Shown in pieces: positions 19,543 through 32,000 of a stretch of DNA of 44,548 bases. Where the stretch lies: the NCBI GenBank assembly GCA_039932055.1, contig JBDTQT010000003.1, forward strand, positions 1 to 44,548, written 5' to 3'. The position numbers and the translations under genes are program-made. Each line of letters starts with the position of its first letter. The stretch's first letter is position 1. Under the pieces are notes generated by a model. The model did no database searches. It worked only from the letters and a program-made list of their open reading frames with translations, and had not been told where the DNA came from. This DNA comes from Thermoanaerobaculia bacterium. GTDB lineage: Bacteria > Acidobacteriota > Thermoanaerobaculia > Multivoradales > JAGPDF01.

Positions 19543-21536
19543 TCAGGCGGGGGAGACCTCGACTCGCGCGTCGTTGAAGCAGGCACCGTCGCCGATGTCC
19601 GTCAGGCTGTCGGGGGCGAGAGCGCAGGCGGTGAATCCGTTGTCGGTGTTGTGCGCCCAGAGTCCCTTGGGCAGCTCGACGACGCCCGGACGCTGATCGT
19701 GCGACAGTCGCAGCCGACAGTGGACTTCGCCGTGAGCGTTCGTCACCTTGACGTGCTGGCCGTCGGCGAGGCCCCGTGCGGCGGCGTCCGCAGGGTGCAT
19801 CTCGAGCGCCACCGGGCCTTTGCGCAGTTGGCCGAGCGTCGAGCTGATCGTGCGGTTGGTCGCCGGAGAGATCAGCGTCAGCGGAGCCTGCGCCGAGCCC
19901 GGATCCTCCTGGTAGGTGTAGAGGCCCTCGCGCGCTTCCGCGTCGAGCGCCACGGGAACGAGGTGGATCTTGCGGTCGTCGGTCTTCGGGAAGACGTCGA
20001 CGAACTGCACCGGACGATCACCTCCCGTTGGACGGGCGAAGCCCTGCGCCGCGAGCTCTGCCTGCAGGTCGGCGCCGCGCCCGCTCGAATCGAGGATCAG
20101 CTCGATCGCGTGCTCTTCGGTCGGGATCTCGTCGGCCGAAGCGACGCCGGTGCGGACGGCGAGGTCGGCGAAGACGCTGTAGTTCGAGCGCGCCTGGCCG
20201 ATCGGAGGGACGACCGGGGCGATCTTTTGCAGAACGAAGGCGCCGTAGCCCCGGGCGAGCTCGTGGTGCTCGAGAAAGGTGGTCGCCGGCAGGACGAGGT
20301 CGGCATAACGGGCGGTATCGGTGAGGACTTGATCGAAGACGATGGTGAAGAGGTCCTCGCGCTCGAGGCCGCGGCGGACGAGCGTTTGATTGGGCGTCGT
20401 CATCAGGGCGTTCGAGTTGTAGACGAAGAGCAGGTGGATCGGTCTCTCCTTGGTCGTGGTCAGCGCCGCTCCGAGCCGATTCATGTTGATGATGCGCGTC
20501 GGAGCCTCCGGCCCCGAGATCGCCTGCGCGTTCATCTTCCAGGCCGTCGAGTTCGAGAGGGTGTAGCCGCCGCCGCGCACGCCGAACTTGCCGGCGACGG
20601 CAGGCAGGGCGAGCACTGCAGCGACCGCGGAGCCGCCGTTGCGATTGCGCTCGAGTCCCCAGCCACAACGGACGACCGCCGGCGAGAGGGTGGCGTAGAG
20701 ATCGACGAAGCGCTCGAGGTCGACGAGCGCAACGCCTGCAACCTCGGCGGCGCGCGCCAACGTCCAGGGCGCGGCGCGGCGCTCGAGCTCGTCGGCGCGC
20801 GTGGCATGGCGGTCGAGGAAGTCGCGGTCCGCGCGGCCGGTGGCGAAGAGCTCGCGAATCACCGCCAAGGCGACGATCAGGTCGGTGCCCGGGCGGATCG
20901 CCAGGTGGAGGTGGGCCTGCTTGGCGATCGGCGTAGCGCGGGGATCGATGACCACCAGCTTGGCGCCGGCGTCGCAGGCCGCCTGGATCGGCGGCACGAG
21001 ATGGATACCGGACACGGCGGGGTTCGCCCCCCAGACCACGACGAGGCGCGCCGCCGGATAGTCGGTGATGGCGACCCCCTCCATCTTGCCGTAGAGCCCC
21101 ATCGCCGCCCTTCCAGTGGCCGCGGCGCACACCGTGCGCGCCAGGCGGGAGGCGCCCAGGCGATGGAAGAGCAGGGCGTCGGTCGAATCCTGCGACAGGT
21201 AACCGTTCGAGCCGCCGTAGCTGTACGGCAGGATTGACTCGCCGCCGAATCGGTCACGGGTTTCGACCAGGCGCTTGGCGGCGATCGACAACGCCTGCTG
21301 CCACGACTGGGGCTCGAACACGCCCTCGCCTTTGAGGCCGACGCGCAGCATCGGCTCGAGGATGCGCTCCTTGCCGTAGAGCTGCTCCGGGAACTTCCGC
21401 ACCTTGGCGCAGATGTAGCCCTCCGTTACCGGATTGCGGTCGCGGGCACCGTCCAGCTTGGTGACGCGCCCGTTCTCGACCGTGACGTCGAGGCTGCAGG
21501 CGTCGGGGCAATCCAGCGGGCAGGCCGAAGTGACCT

Positions 21537-21540
<4 letters not shown>
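19543..21540 (-). CDS. Molybdopterin (bis-MGD, DMSO reductase superfamily) oxidoreductase, cytoplasmic, with N-terminal 4Fe-4S motif
   Basis: Motifs ACPLDCPDAC...GYICAK, WGANP, VVIDPR, IRPGTD, LTDTARYADLVLPATTFLE, MHPADAAARGL and NDARVEV. The GTG start overlaps the SDR stop. No Tat signal. Confidence 0.92.
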
Positions 21541-22355
<815 letters not shown>

Positions 22356-22433
22356 GGCGGATTCCTTCCGGAAGAGGTCGAGAAGGGCATTTTAGCCCCT
22401 CGTCGCGGCATCGTGCCTGCCCGATCGGTCGGC

Positions 22434-22439
22434 TAAGCT
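22434..22439 (+). promoter_or_regulatory. Putative -10 box (TAAGCT) of leaderless lhr promoter
   Basis: TAAGCT lies 7 nt before the GTG at 22447, with no SD. A divergent TAAAAT at 22389-22394 (minus strand) precedes the SDR gene. Confidence 0.5.
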
Positions 22440-22446
22440 TCGCTGC

Positions 22447-25400
22447 GTGAGCCTCGAGCTTTTCGATCCCAGGATCCGCAGCTGGTTCGAGCGGCGCTTC
22501 GGCGCGCCGACCGAGGTCCAGCGGCTCGCCTGGGGTCCGATCGCCGACGGCCGCAACGTCCTGCTCACCGCCCCGACCGGCAGCGGCAAGACGCTCACTG
22601 CCTTCCTCTGGGCGCTCGAGCAGCTGGCGACCGGCGCCTGGGAGGAAGGGACGACGCGGGTCCTCTATGTCTCGCCGCTCAAGGCGCTGAACGCCGACAT
22701 CGAACGCAACCTCGCCGAGCCGTTGGCGGAAATCGCCGAGGCCTTCCGGGCGGCGGGGAGCGAGCTGCCGCGAATCCGCGTGGCGACGAGGAGCGGCGAC
22801 ACGCCCCCGGGCGAACGGCAGAAGATCGTGAGACAACGGCCGGAGATCCTCATCACGACGCCGGAGAGCCTCAACCTGCTGGTCAACTCGAAGGCAGGTC
22901 CGGCGCTCTTCGCCGGCCTGCGCACGGTGATTCTCGACGAGATCCACGCCGTGGCGGCAGGGAAGCGCGGGACGCATCTCATCACCGCGGTCGACCGCCT
23001 GGTCCTTTTCGCCGGGGAGTTCCAGCGCATCGCACTGTCGGCGACGGTCAGGCCGCTCGAGCGCATCGCCGCCTGGGTTGGCGGCTATCGGCTGGAACGC
23101 GGCGCTGACGACCAGCCGCTCTACGTACGGCGCCCGGTGACGATCGTCGAATCCAGCCAACCCAAGCGCTACGACGTCGCGGTGCGTTTTCCTCCCGCGC
23201 TCGCCGCGCTCCCTGGCGAGAGACGCGAGGGCGACACGCTGTGGACAGCGCTGGCCGAGGATCTCCGCCAGCGGATCGGTGAGGCGCGCTCGACGCTGGT
23301 GTTCACCAACAGCCGCCGCCTGGCCGAAAAGATCACCCGCCTGATCAACGACGGCGGATCGCGCGAGATCGCCTGGTCGCACCACGGGTCGCTGTCGCGC
23401 GAGCTGCGCGGCGCGATCGAGAAGCGGCTCAAGGCTGGCGACCTGCCAGCGCTCGTCGCGACGAGCTCGCTCGAGCTCGGCATCGATATCGGGGCGCTGG
23501 ATCAGGTCCTCCTGGTGCAGTCGCCGCGTTCGCTGGCGTCGGCGGCGCAGCGCGTCGGCCGTGCCGGGCATTCGGTCGGCGAGATCAGCCGGGCACGGCT
23601 CTATCCGACCCACGCGCGCGACTTCCTGGAGTGCGCCGTGGCCGCCCGGGCGGTGCTCGACGGCGAGATCGAGCCGATCCAGCCGGTGCGCGCACCACTG
23701 GATCTTCTCGCGCAGTGGATCGTCGGCATGGTGGCGCACGAGCGCTGGCGGGCCGACGATCTCCATGCATTCCTGCGCGCCAGCGAGCCGTACCACGAGC
23801 TTTCGCGGCGGCAGTTCGACCTCGTGGTCGAGATGCTCGCCGGGCGCTACGCCGATGCCCGCATCGCCGAACTCCGCCCGCGGATCGCTTTCGACCGGCT
23901 GGACGGCACGATCGCGGCGCGGCCGGGGGCGGCGCGGCTGGTCGCGCAGTCGGGCGGGACGATTCCCGATCGTGGCTATTTCCAGCTCCGTATCGAGGAG
24001 TCGAACGCCCGTCTCGGCGAGCTCGACGAGGAGTTCGTCTGGGAGCGCGCGCTCGGCGACACCTTCCTCCTCGGAACGCAGTCCTGGTGCATCCAGCGCA
24101 TCACCTCGAACGAGGTCTTCGTGACGCCGGCGCGCGGCGGTGCGATGCTCGCGCCGTTCTGGCGGGCGGATGCGCGAGATCGCGGCGCCCTCTTTTCGGA
24201 GCAGATCGGCCGCCTGCTGGAGCGGGCCGATGGCGACCTCGAGCGAACGGGGTTCGCCGCCGCCCTGGCGGAGGAATACGCCCTCGACGCGGCCGCGGCG
24301 GCCGAGCTCGTCCGCCTGTTGAGCGAGTCCCGGGCGGCGTTGGGCGGCATCCTGCCGCATCGCCATCGTCTGATCTTCGAGGAGACCCGCGAGCACGGCT
24401 CTGGCGGACAGGGGAGTCCGGGGGAGGGACGGCGGCAGGTCGTGTTGTACACCTTCTGGGGCGGAACGCTCAACCGGCCTCTCGCCCTGGCGCTGGCGGC
24501 GGCATGGGAGGAGGCCGAGGGCGGCGTGATCGAGACTCTCGCCGACGACGACGCGGTCCTTCTCGTGCTGCCGACGGGGGCCGATGCGCGGGCACTTTTC
24601 GCCCTCGTGAAGCCGGAGCGCCTGGAGAATCTCCTGCGAGCGCGCCTCGAGTCCTCCGGATTCTTCGGCGCCCAGTTCCGCCAGAACGCCCAGCGCGCGC
24701 TGCTCCTGCCGCGTGCCGGCCCACGCCGCCGGACGCCGCTATGGGTCTCGCGGGAGAACGCCAAGAAACTGCTCGACGCCGTGGCGCGCTTCGACGACTT
24801 TCCCGTCACTCTGGAGACCTGGCGGAGTTCGCTGCACGACGAGTTCGACCTCGAATCGCTGCGCCGGCGGCTCGAAGAGGTCGAGCGCGGCGAGATCGAG
24901 CTCGCGAGCGTGCGCAGCGAGCGCCCCTCGCCGCTCGCGGCGGGGCTGATCTGGCGGCGCACCAACGAGCTGATGTACGAGGACGACGCGCCGGGGGCTC
25001 GGCGTGGGACCTCGGTACGCGGTGATCTTTTGCGCGAGGTCGCGCTCGGCGGCGAGCGCCCGCGGATCGCTCCGCGCCTGGCGGAGGAGCTGCGCCAGAA
25101 GCTCCAGCGTCTCCTGCCCGGCTATGCGCCCCAGAGCGCGAGCGAGCTGCTCGAATGGGTGAAGGAGCGCCTGCTCCTGCCGCCGGCCGAGTGGCGGGAG
25201 CTCCTGGCGGCGATCGAACGCGACCGGCCGGGGGGGACGGCCGGGATGCTCGCCGAGCTGGCTGCCGGCGAGAAGCTCGCGACGCTCGTTCTCGCCCCGG
25301 ACTGCGGCGAGACCGTCGTCGCGCGCGAGAATCTCGTGCGCCTCGCCGACGCGCAGACGCCGGCTGCGACCGGCGCGAGGCTCTCAGGGCTGCTCGAGGA

Positions 25401-26919
25401 GTGGCTGCGCTACCAGCCACCCGTCGCGGTCGAGCGAGTCGCCGTCGCGTGGGGGCTTTCGCGCAGCGCCGCCGAAGCGGCGCTCGCGCCGCTCGCCGCC
25501 GGCGAGCGGGTGATCGTCGGGGAGCTGCTCGAGAACCATGAGGAGGGAGCGACGACGCAGGTGGCGACCGTCGGCGTCGTCGAAACGCTGCTGCGCTGGC
25601 GCCGGGCGGCGGCGCGCCCGGTGTTCGAGCCGTTGGCGCTCACCGAGCTGCCGCTGTTCCTGGCGTGCTGGCAAGGACTGGCGGAGCGCACGACGGGGGG
25701 CGAGGGACTGCAGGCCGCTCTCGAGCGCCTGTTCGGCTTTCCGGCCCCGGCCGGGCTCTGGGAGAGCGCTCTCCTCCCAGCCCGGCTCGAGCCGTACTAC
25801 CCGGCCTGGCTGGACGGTCTGGTCGAGGCGAGCGAGCTCGTCTGGTTCGGCGCCGGCAGGGAGAGGATCGCCCTTGCCTTCCGGCCCGATCTTGACCTCT
25901 TCCAGTCACCGGTCGCTGTCGCCGAAGACGCGGAACCGGGTTCGGCTGCCGAGGTCGTGAGCGAACTGCTCGTCCGCGAGCCTCGCGGTCTCGAAGTCGG
26001 CGAGCTCGTCGAGCGCAGCGGCCTCCCCCTCGCCATGGTGACCGAGGCGCTGTGGACTCTCGCCTGGCGGGGCGGAGCGACCTGCACGTCGCTGCGCGTG
26101 CTCCGCCAAGGGATTCAGAACGGTTTCCGGGTCGAGGCGCCGATCCCGCAGGAGATGGCCGGCGGAGGCAGCGGACGCGGCGGTCGCCGGGGGCTCTTTC
26201 GCCGCTGGCAGGGGAGTCAACCGCTCGCCGGTCGATGGCTGGCGCTCATGGCGGGTCGTGCACGCGATACTGGCGAGGCCGCCGACCCCTTCGTCGAGGA
26301 GGAGCGCAGCCGCGAGCGTGCGCGGCTCCTGCTCGACCGTTACGGCATACTCTTTCGCGAGCTGCTCGCGGCCGAGCAGCCAGCGCTCGCCTGGAGCCGC
26401 GTCGCGCGGGCGTTGCGCGGCCTCGAGCTCGCCGGTGAGATCGTCGCCGGACGATTCTTCGAGGGTGTTCCGGGTCTGCAGTTCGCCTCGCCCGGGGCGT
26501 TGCGGCGGCTGCGTGAAGGGCTTCCCGCAGGCGCCAACTGGTGGTGCTCGGCGCTCGATCCGGCGTCGCCCTGCGGACTCGACCTGCCCGGGTTGCAGGG
26601 CACGCTGCCGCGGCGGTCGGCCTCGACGCGGCTCGCCTATCGCGGCTCCCGCCTGGGCGCGGTTTTCGCGCGCGGCGGGCGCGAGATTCAGTTCGCGGTG
26701 CCCGCGGACGACCCGGGTCTGCCGGAGCTCCTCGAACCGCTGCGTTCGGCCCTCACCCGCGCGGTGGACGCCGAGCGCGGTCTGGATGTCGAGCAGATCA
26801 ACGGCGAGCCGGCCGGTTCGAGCGCCTATTTCGCGGCGTTCGCCGCTTTCGACCGCACCCGTGACGGCGGCCTCCTGCGTCTCCGGCGGCGCTACGCCGG
26901 TCGGGAGGCCGGCGGCTGA
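22447..26919 (+). CDS. lhr: Large helicase-related ATP-dependent DNA helicase (long form with C-terminal winged-helix region)
   Basis: Motifs APTGSGKT, YVSPLKALNAD, LITTPESL, DEIH, LSAT, HHGSLS, ATSSLELGIDIG, QRVGRAGH, GGTIPDRG, GELDEEFV. C-terminal LLDRYGILFRE..GRFFEGVPGLQFA..DPASP. 1490 aa. Confidence 0.93.
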   Translation: MSLELFDPRIRSWFERRFGAPTEVQRLAWGPIADGRNVLLTAPTGSGKTLTAFLWALEQLATGAWEEGTTRVLYVSPLKALNADIERNLAEPLAEIAEAFRAAGSELPRIRVATRSGDTPPGERQKIVRQRPEILITTPESLNLLVNSKAGPALFAGLRTVILDEIHAVAAGKRGTHLITAVDRLVLFAGEFQRIALSATVRPLERIAAWVGGYRLERGADDQPLYVRRPVTIVESSQPKRYDVAVRFPPALAALPGERREGDTLWTALAEDLRQRIGEARSTLVFTNSRRLAEKITRLINDGGSREIAWSHHGSLSRELRGAIEKRLKAGDLPALVATSSLELGIDIGALDQVLLVQSPRSLASAAQRVGRAGHSVGEISRARLYPTHARDFLECAVAARAVLDGEIEPIQPVRAPLDLLAQWIVGMVAHERWRADDLHAFLRASEPYHELSRRQFDLVVEMLAGRYADARIAELRPRIAFDRLDGTIAARPGAARLVAQSGGTIPDRGYFQLRIEESNARLGELDEEFVWERALGDTFLLGTQSWCIQRITSNEVFVTPARGGAMLAPFWRADARDRGALFSEQIGRLLERADGDLERTGFAAALAEEYALDAAAAAELVRLLSESRAALGGILPHRHRLIFEETREHGSGGQGSPGEGRRQVVLYTFWGGTLNRPLALALAAAWEEAEGGVIETLADDDAVLLVLPTGADARALFALVKPERLENLLRARLESSGFFGAQFRQNAQRALLLPRAGPRRRTPLWVSRENAKKLLDAVARFDDFPVTLETWRSSLHDEFDLESLRRRLEEVERGEIELASVRSERPSPLAAGLIWRRTNELMYEDDAPGARRGTSVRGDLLREVALGGERPRIAPRLAEELRQKLQRLLPGYAPQSASELLEWVKERLLLPPAEWRELLAAIERDRPGGTAGMLAELAAGEKLATLVLAPDCGETVVARENLVRLADAQTPAATGARLSGLLEEWLRYQPPVAVERVAVAWGLSRSAAEAALAPLAAGERVIVGELLENHEEGATTQVATVGVVETLLRWRRAAARPVFEPLALTELPLFLACWQGLAERTTGGEGLQAALERLFGFPAPAGLWESALLPARLEPYYPAWLDGLVEASELVWFGAGRERIALAFRPDLDLFQSPVAVAEDAEPGSAAEVVSELLVREPRGLEVGELVERSGLPLAMVTEALWTLAWRGGATCTSLRVLRQGIQNGFRVEAPIPQEMAGGGSGRGGRRGLFRRWQGSQPLAGRWLALMAGRARDTGEAADPFVEEERSRERARLLLDRYGILFRELLAAEQPALAWSRVARALRGLELAGEIVAGRFFEGVPGLQFASPGALRRLREGLPAGANWWCSALDPASPCGLDLPGLQGTLPRRSASTRLAYRGSRLGAVFARGGREIQFAVPADDPGLPELLEPLRSALTRAVDAERGLDVEQINGEPAGSSAYFAAFAAFDRTRDGGLLRLRRRYAGREAGG

Positions 26920-26994
26920 TTGTTGGTAGGCTCGCGCCGCTGCGGGCAACGACCCGCGATCCAGGGCAACAGAACCGGAAAGGACCGAAGACCG

Positions 26995-27516
26995 ATGAAC
27001 AGGACTTGGCATTGGACCTGCGCGCTGGCGCTCCTCGCGGCTGGCTTCGCCGCGCCCGCTGCGGCGGGAGAGCACCGCATCGGCGGCGGGCTGCACTATT
27101 GGCAGAGTGTCAACCAGCTCGATGACAACTTCCCGGACTTCGAGGTCCAGGACGACGGATTCTCCGAGGTGGTGTCGTATCAATACCTCGCCGGCTTCAT
27201 CCGTTTCGAGGCCGCGGCGGAGTACTTCGACAAGGGTTTCCAGGGTTCGCACGACTGGGCGATCTCGCCGCAGGTCTACGTTCTCGCCGGACGCGGAATC
27301 TACGGTGGCCTCGGCGTGGGCGTGACCTACTCCGACTTCGCCAGCGGCAGCTGGTCCGACCCGTTCTACATCGCCAAGGCGGGGGTCGACTTCCTCTTGC
27401 TGCCGAAGCTGCACCTCGACATCAACGCCGACTACCGCTTCTTGAAGTGGGAAGATCTGGATAACTACGACAGCGATACGATTACCTTCGGCGCGACGGT
27501 TCGCGTCGGCTTCTGA
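26995..27516 (+). CDS. Outer-membrane beta-barrel protein (small, OmpA/porin-like 8-strand type)
   Basis: Signal peptide MNRTWHWTCALALLAAGFAAPAAA, alternating aromatic beta-strands, and a terminal Phe (ATVRVGF, BAM signal). Confidence 0.8.
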   Translation: MNRTWHWTCALALLAAGFAAPAAAGEHRIGGGLHYWQSVNQLDDNFPDFEVQDDGFSEVVSYQYLAGFIRFEAAAEYFDKGFQGSHDWAISPQVYVLAGRGIYGGLGVGVTYSDFASGSWSDPFYIAKAGVDFLLLPKLHLDINADYRFLKWEDLDNYDSDTITFGATVRVGF

Positions 27517-27530
27517 GGAAAGGAAGACTC

Positions 27531-27959
27531 ATGGCCATTCGCAAAGCGAACGCCGTCTGGAACGGCGGACTGCAGGACGGAAACGGATCGATCAAGCTGG
27601 GCAGCGGTGCGTTCGAGGGCCGCTACTCCTTCTCGTCGCGCTTCGAAGAGGGGACGGGGACGAACCCCGAGGAGCTCCTGGGGGCGGCGCATGCCGGCTG
27701 CTTCTCGATGGCGCTCGCCGCTGGCCTCGGCCGGGCGGGATTCTCGCCGAAGCGCGTGGCGAGCGAGGCGCGAGTCCAGCTGCTCAAGAACGACGCCGGT
27801 CTCGCGATCACCCGCATCGAGCTCGACTGCGAAGCGGAAGTGCCCGGCATCGACGCCGCAGCTTTCGCCGAGCAGGCCGAAGGCGCCAAGGCCAACTGCA
27901 TCATCTCCAAGGCGCTGTCGGCCAGCATCGAGATCGTCCTCAACGCCAGGCTCGTCTGA
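27531..27959 (+). CDS. osmC: OsmC family peroxiredoxin
   Basis: Motifs ANAVWNG, YSFSSRFEEGTGTNPEELLGAAHAGCFSMAL and AKANCIISKAL (two Cys). SD GGAAAGGAAG. Confidence 0.95.
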   Translation: MAIRKANAVWNGGLQDGNGSIKLGSGAFEGRYSFSSRFEEGTGTNPEELLGAAHAGCFSMALAAGLGRAGFSPKRVASEARVQLLKNDAGLAITRIELDCEAEVPGIDAAAFAEQAEGAKANCIISKALSASIEIVLNARLV

Positions 27960-28004
27960 TACTGCGGTGTCGCGCACCGCACCGGGGAACCGGGTGAGTC
28001 CACA

Positions 28005-28523
28005 GTGAAGCCAGGGCTCGTCCGCATCCTCGCCGTCGTTGCTTTGGCCATTGCCCTGGCGGCGATCGTTCACTGGTGGACGAGCGATCGCCGCCGGATC
28101 CTGGCGCAGTTCGAAGCGTTGCAGAGCGCGATCGAGAAGAACGGCCCCGGGGGCTCCGAGGGGACGCTCGACCGCTTGGCTCACGCCCGCGCTGTCTCGC
28201 AGATGTTCGCCGACGGCTTCGTCATCCTGGCGCAGCCGTACGAAGGCACCATCGACAGCCGCCAGCAGCTCATGGCGGTTGTCGATCGCTACCGCGGGAG
28301 CGCCGAGACGATCGCCGTTTCGGCCTCCGAGGTGGAGGTGAAGCTGCGTCCGAACGCTACCGCCGAGCTGACTGCGGAGGTCGAAGCGGTGGGTCTACGG
28401 CAGGGGGGCCCCGGACGGGAACGCCTGCGGCTTCGCCTCGCCTGGCGCGAGGACGAGGGCGTCTGGCGGATTCAGGAGCTCGAGGTGATCGAAGTCCTCG
28501 ACAGCTCCGGTCTTTTCTTCTGA
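28005..28523 (+). CDS. Membrane-anchored NTF2/SnoaL-like fold protein
   Basis: N-terminal TM, then MFADGF...ATAELTAEV...LRLAWREDEGVWRI, a typical NTF2-like C-terminal strand pattern. Confidence 0.65.
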   Translation: MKPGLVRILAVVALAIALAAIVHWWTSDRRRILAQFEALQSAIEKNGPGGSEGTLDRLAHARAVSQMFADGFVILAQPYEGTIDSRQQLMAVVDRYRGSAETIAVSASEVEVKLRPNATAELTAEVEAVGLRQGGPGRERLRLRLAWREDEGVWRIQELEVIEVLDSSGLFF

Positions 28524-28536
28524 CTCGGCGCCCGGG

Positions 28537-29016
28537 TCAGAGCCACCAGGCGAGCGCGAAAATCGCCACCATGAGCAGCAGGGTCACCAGCTTCGCCACC
28601 GCGGCGAGCAGCATTCCGAGCCAGGTCGCGAAACCGACTTTGCCCGCCTGACGCAGATCGCGCCGCGCCAGCCACTCGCCGGCGATCGCACCGACGAACG
28701 GCCCCAGGAGCAGTCCCGGCAAGCCGAAAGCCAGCCCGATGAGCGAGCCGACGAGCGCTCCCACGATCGCCAGCTTGCTGGCGCCGGCGCGTCGCGCGCC
28801 CAGCGCCGTGGCGGTGATGTCGATGGCGAAAGTCAGACAGGTGAGCAGAAAGAGGAGGGCCAGCGTCCCCCAACCGACGCGCTCGAAGTCGTCCGCCGCG
28901 GCACCGGCCAGGAGCCCGAGGAGGACCAGCGGCGGACCCGGGATCGCCGGCAGGACGGCGCCGGCGAATCCGACCGCGACCAGTAGAACGCAGAGCAGCC
29001 AGAACAGCGAAATCAA
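28537..29016 (-). CDS. DUF456 (YqgC-like) membrane protein
   Basis: Motifs GAVLPAIPGPPL, ALGARRAGASK and GLLLGPFVGAIAGE; highly hydrophobic. The start overlaps the GH38 stop. Confidence 0.88.
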   Translation of the reverse strand: MISLFWLLCVLLVAVGFAGAVLPAIPGPPLVLLGLLAGAAADDFERVGWGTLALLFLLTCLTFAIDITATALGARRAGASKLAIVGALVGSLIGLAFGLPGLLLGPFVGAIAGEWLARRDLRQAGKVGFATWLGMLLAAVAKLVTLLLMVAIFALAWWL

Positions 29017-32000
29017 GGGCTTCCGCCGAGGAGTCCGCCCGGGGTCAGCGAGCGGGCCGCGGGAGAGATCGAATCGCTGACCGCCGCTGCGAGGACGACC
29101 AGGCGCCCGCTGCGGGGAAGTTCGACCTGCGAGCCTGCAAGCGAGACGGCGAGCTCGACGGTGAAGAACTGCACCGGAGAACAGGGCTCGATTCTGCCGC
29201 GCCGATCGTGGCGATGCGGTATCGCCAGCGCCAGCGGCTCGGTGCGCAGAAATCCGTCCACGACCGCGCCGGTCGGTCGCCCGAAGAACCCCCGCCTGAG
29301 CTCGTCGAAACGCCCAAGCTGCGCGAAGCCGCCGGCGACTCGCCGGGCGACGGCGAGCCCGTCGACGACAAACGCCACTTCCAGCGCCTCGGGAAAGGCA
29401 GCCACGAGCAGCACGAGGCGGCAGAAGCCGGCCGGAGTCGAGAGCCGCTGGCCGGCGCAGAGCAGGCCGGAGGGTTTCCCAGGGCGCCGCGCGTGCGACA
29501 GATCGAGCTCCACCCCCGCCCGCACGAGCGCAGCGGGCAAGAGCTCGCGCGGAATCGAATGTCCGCGCCCATCCAGCCCACCTCCGCGCGCCCGCTCTCC
29601 GCGCGACGTGGCGGCGAAGCTGTTCCAGGGCAGAGCGAGCGCGGACGTTCCTGTTTTGTGTCGCGCCAGGACCGGTAAAGGAGAATCCAGTTTCAGCGCG
29701 ACCGCGGCGAGCCCGAAGCTCCGCAACGGAACGAGAGTCTGTCCTTTTACTGGAGCTTTTCGCGCCCCGACTCCCCCCGGTGCTTCCGCTGCGAGCGGCC
29801 TCTCGCAGCCGTCGATCGCGCGCAGGTTCTGCACTGGCAGGCTCGTGTGAACCTCGACCTGCCGGCTTTCGCCGGCGATCTCGCGCAGGCGCAGGACGAG
29901 CTCATCGCCCTCTTCGGCGAGCTTCAGCGCCTGAACGGCGACCGCTTCATGGTCGAGCGCCAGGAACGAGAGGCCCTGCGGGCGCGTTGGAGCCTCTGGC
30001 TCTGGCGCCGGCGAGGCCGGCGCGAGGAATGGGCGCAGGGGCTGATTGAGGCGCTCGGCGAAGCGCACCGTGCCGGCGAGGGACTCGCCGGCGCGAATCG
30101 GCGCGATCGCCACGCGAATCTCATGGTGCCCGAAGTCCTGCTGCGCCTGGTAGCGGAATCGTCGACCGATTCGCGGTGTGTGGAGCAGCGTCAGACGCAG
30201 CGTGTCGAGGGCGGGGTGATCCCAACCGTACTTGCAGTCGTTGGCGATCGCCGCCCCGGCTCCACTGGCGTCGGGGCCCGCGCGGAGCGCCGCCCACTGG
30301 TGCGCCGGCACTTCGTAGAGCTGCGCCGTCGCCACCGGCCGGCGAGCGACGCCGACACCCTGGTCGAAGAGCGCCTGCTCGGCCGGCGTCGACAGGGGAA
30401 ACCGCATCTTGAGCAGGGCGCCGTCGGTACGCCAGTCGATGGCGTTTTCGATGATGACGTGGTCGCCGGCCGCGCCGGCAGCGAGGGAGATGGTCTGCAC
30501 GAAGCGTGAGCCCTCGGCCGTACGCTCGATCGTGATGGCGACGCGGGCGGCGCCGCGTTCGATGGCCACCGTCCGGACGGGGCCAGCGATCCGCGTTCGG
30601 GCCGGGCGAGAGGTGTCTTCCCAGCGGATCTCCCACGACGGAAAGCGCTCGGAGACGTTGTCGAGAATTTCCAGCCCGATCGGCGCCGCGAGGAGCTCGC
30701 GGCCGTCGAGCTTGTCGAAGATGCTGGCGATGTCGCCCTGGGTGTCGACCTCCACCCGCAGGCGCTCGTTCTCGAGGAAGTTCCCGTCGGCCGAGAGCTC
30801 GGACCTCCGGTCTGCGGGCTCCCGCAGAGAACAGCGCAGTTCGAAAAGCGAAAAGCCCAGTGAAGGAACATGTCCGGTGAAGCAGCCTCGCGTGATCCAT
30901 CCTTCCCGGTGCCATTGCGAGGGAACCTCGCGCCCCTGGGCGTCGAATACGGCGAGCGAGCCGCTCGACAGGGCCGGTTCCGCGAGCTCGACCTCGACCA
31001 GGTCAGTGCGCTCCCAGCCCAGGGCATTGAATACGACAAGCGGTGTGCCCGTCGTCCGCGACGCCGCCGTGTCGAGCGTTGCCGCGACGGCCCCCACTGC
31101 TTCTTCGAGCTCCTGCCGGAGCTCGTTGAGGGAGAGTGCCAGATCGTTGGCGGAGTAGCGATAGGCCGCGACGAGACTCGTGCCGGTGAGATCGTCGTGC
31201 ATCTCGTGGGCGAGGATGCGCAACCAGGCTTCGCGCAGCCGCTCGCGATCGCCCGGCCGGACGCCCAGCGCGTGCGCGATGGCAGCCGCGCGCTCGGAGG
31301 CTTGGGCGAGCTGCTCGGCCTGGCGATGGCGGCGCTTGAGCTCGGCCCGCGAGCTGTAGCAGCCGGTGGCGTGCAGGCGCAGCAGGAGCTCGCCGTCGTA
31401 GACCGGCAGGAGCGCCCGCGTCTCCGGATCGAGGTCGCGGAAGATCTCTTCGGAGTCGGCCAGGCGGACCTCGAGCGCTCCGCTGCCGGCGCGCGCCCGC
31501 TCGAGCCACTGGATCGCCGCGGCGGGAAGGGCACCGCCCTTGTCGCCCAGTCCCTGGTAGGTCATCAGCACGTCTGGACGGCCGGCTGCGGCGAGCCCGC
31601 GGAAGCGCTCGATCCAGACCGGGTCCGCGCCCAGGTCGGACGAGGCCTGGGCGCCGTACTCTCCGGGATCGAGGACCGCCGGCAGGGTCGAGCCGTCGGG
31701 TCCGACCCAGAGACCGAACGGAAAGGGCACGCCGAAGGCCGAGCGCATCTCAGCCCCCCGGCGCAGCTTCTGGGTGGAGAAGCCGACGATCCCGCAATGG
31801 ACGGCGAGCGTCGGCAGGGCCTGCGAAAAGCCGAAGCAGTCGGGCAGAAAGAGGTCGCGGCCGGCTCTGCCGACCGCGCTTTCCAGGTAGCGGGTGCCGT
31901 AGAGGAGCTGGCGGACGATCGACTCCGGCGCCGGCAGGTTGGTGTCGAACGCCTCCCAGGCGGCGCCCGAGGGGAACCAGCGGCCCTCCGCCACCCGCAG

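Noticed and set aside
22447-26919. Lhr as part of an anti-phage defence island
   Set aside because: Its neighbours are housekeeping or envelope genes, with no nuclease, methylase, toxin or mobile-element genes and no compositional shift.
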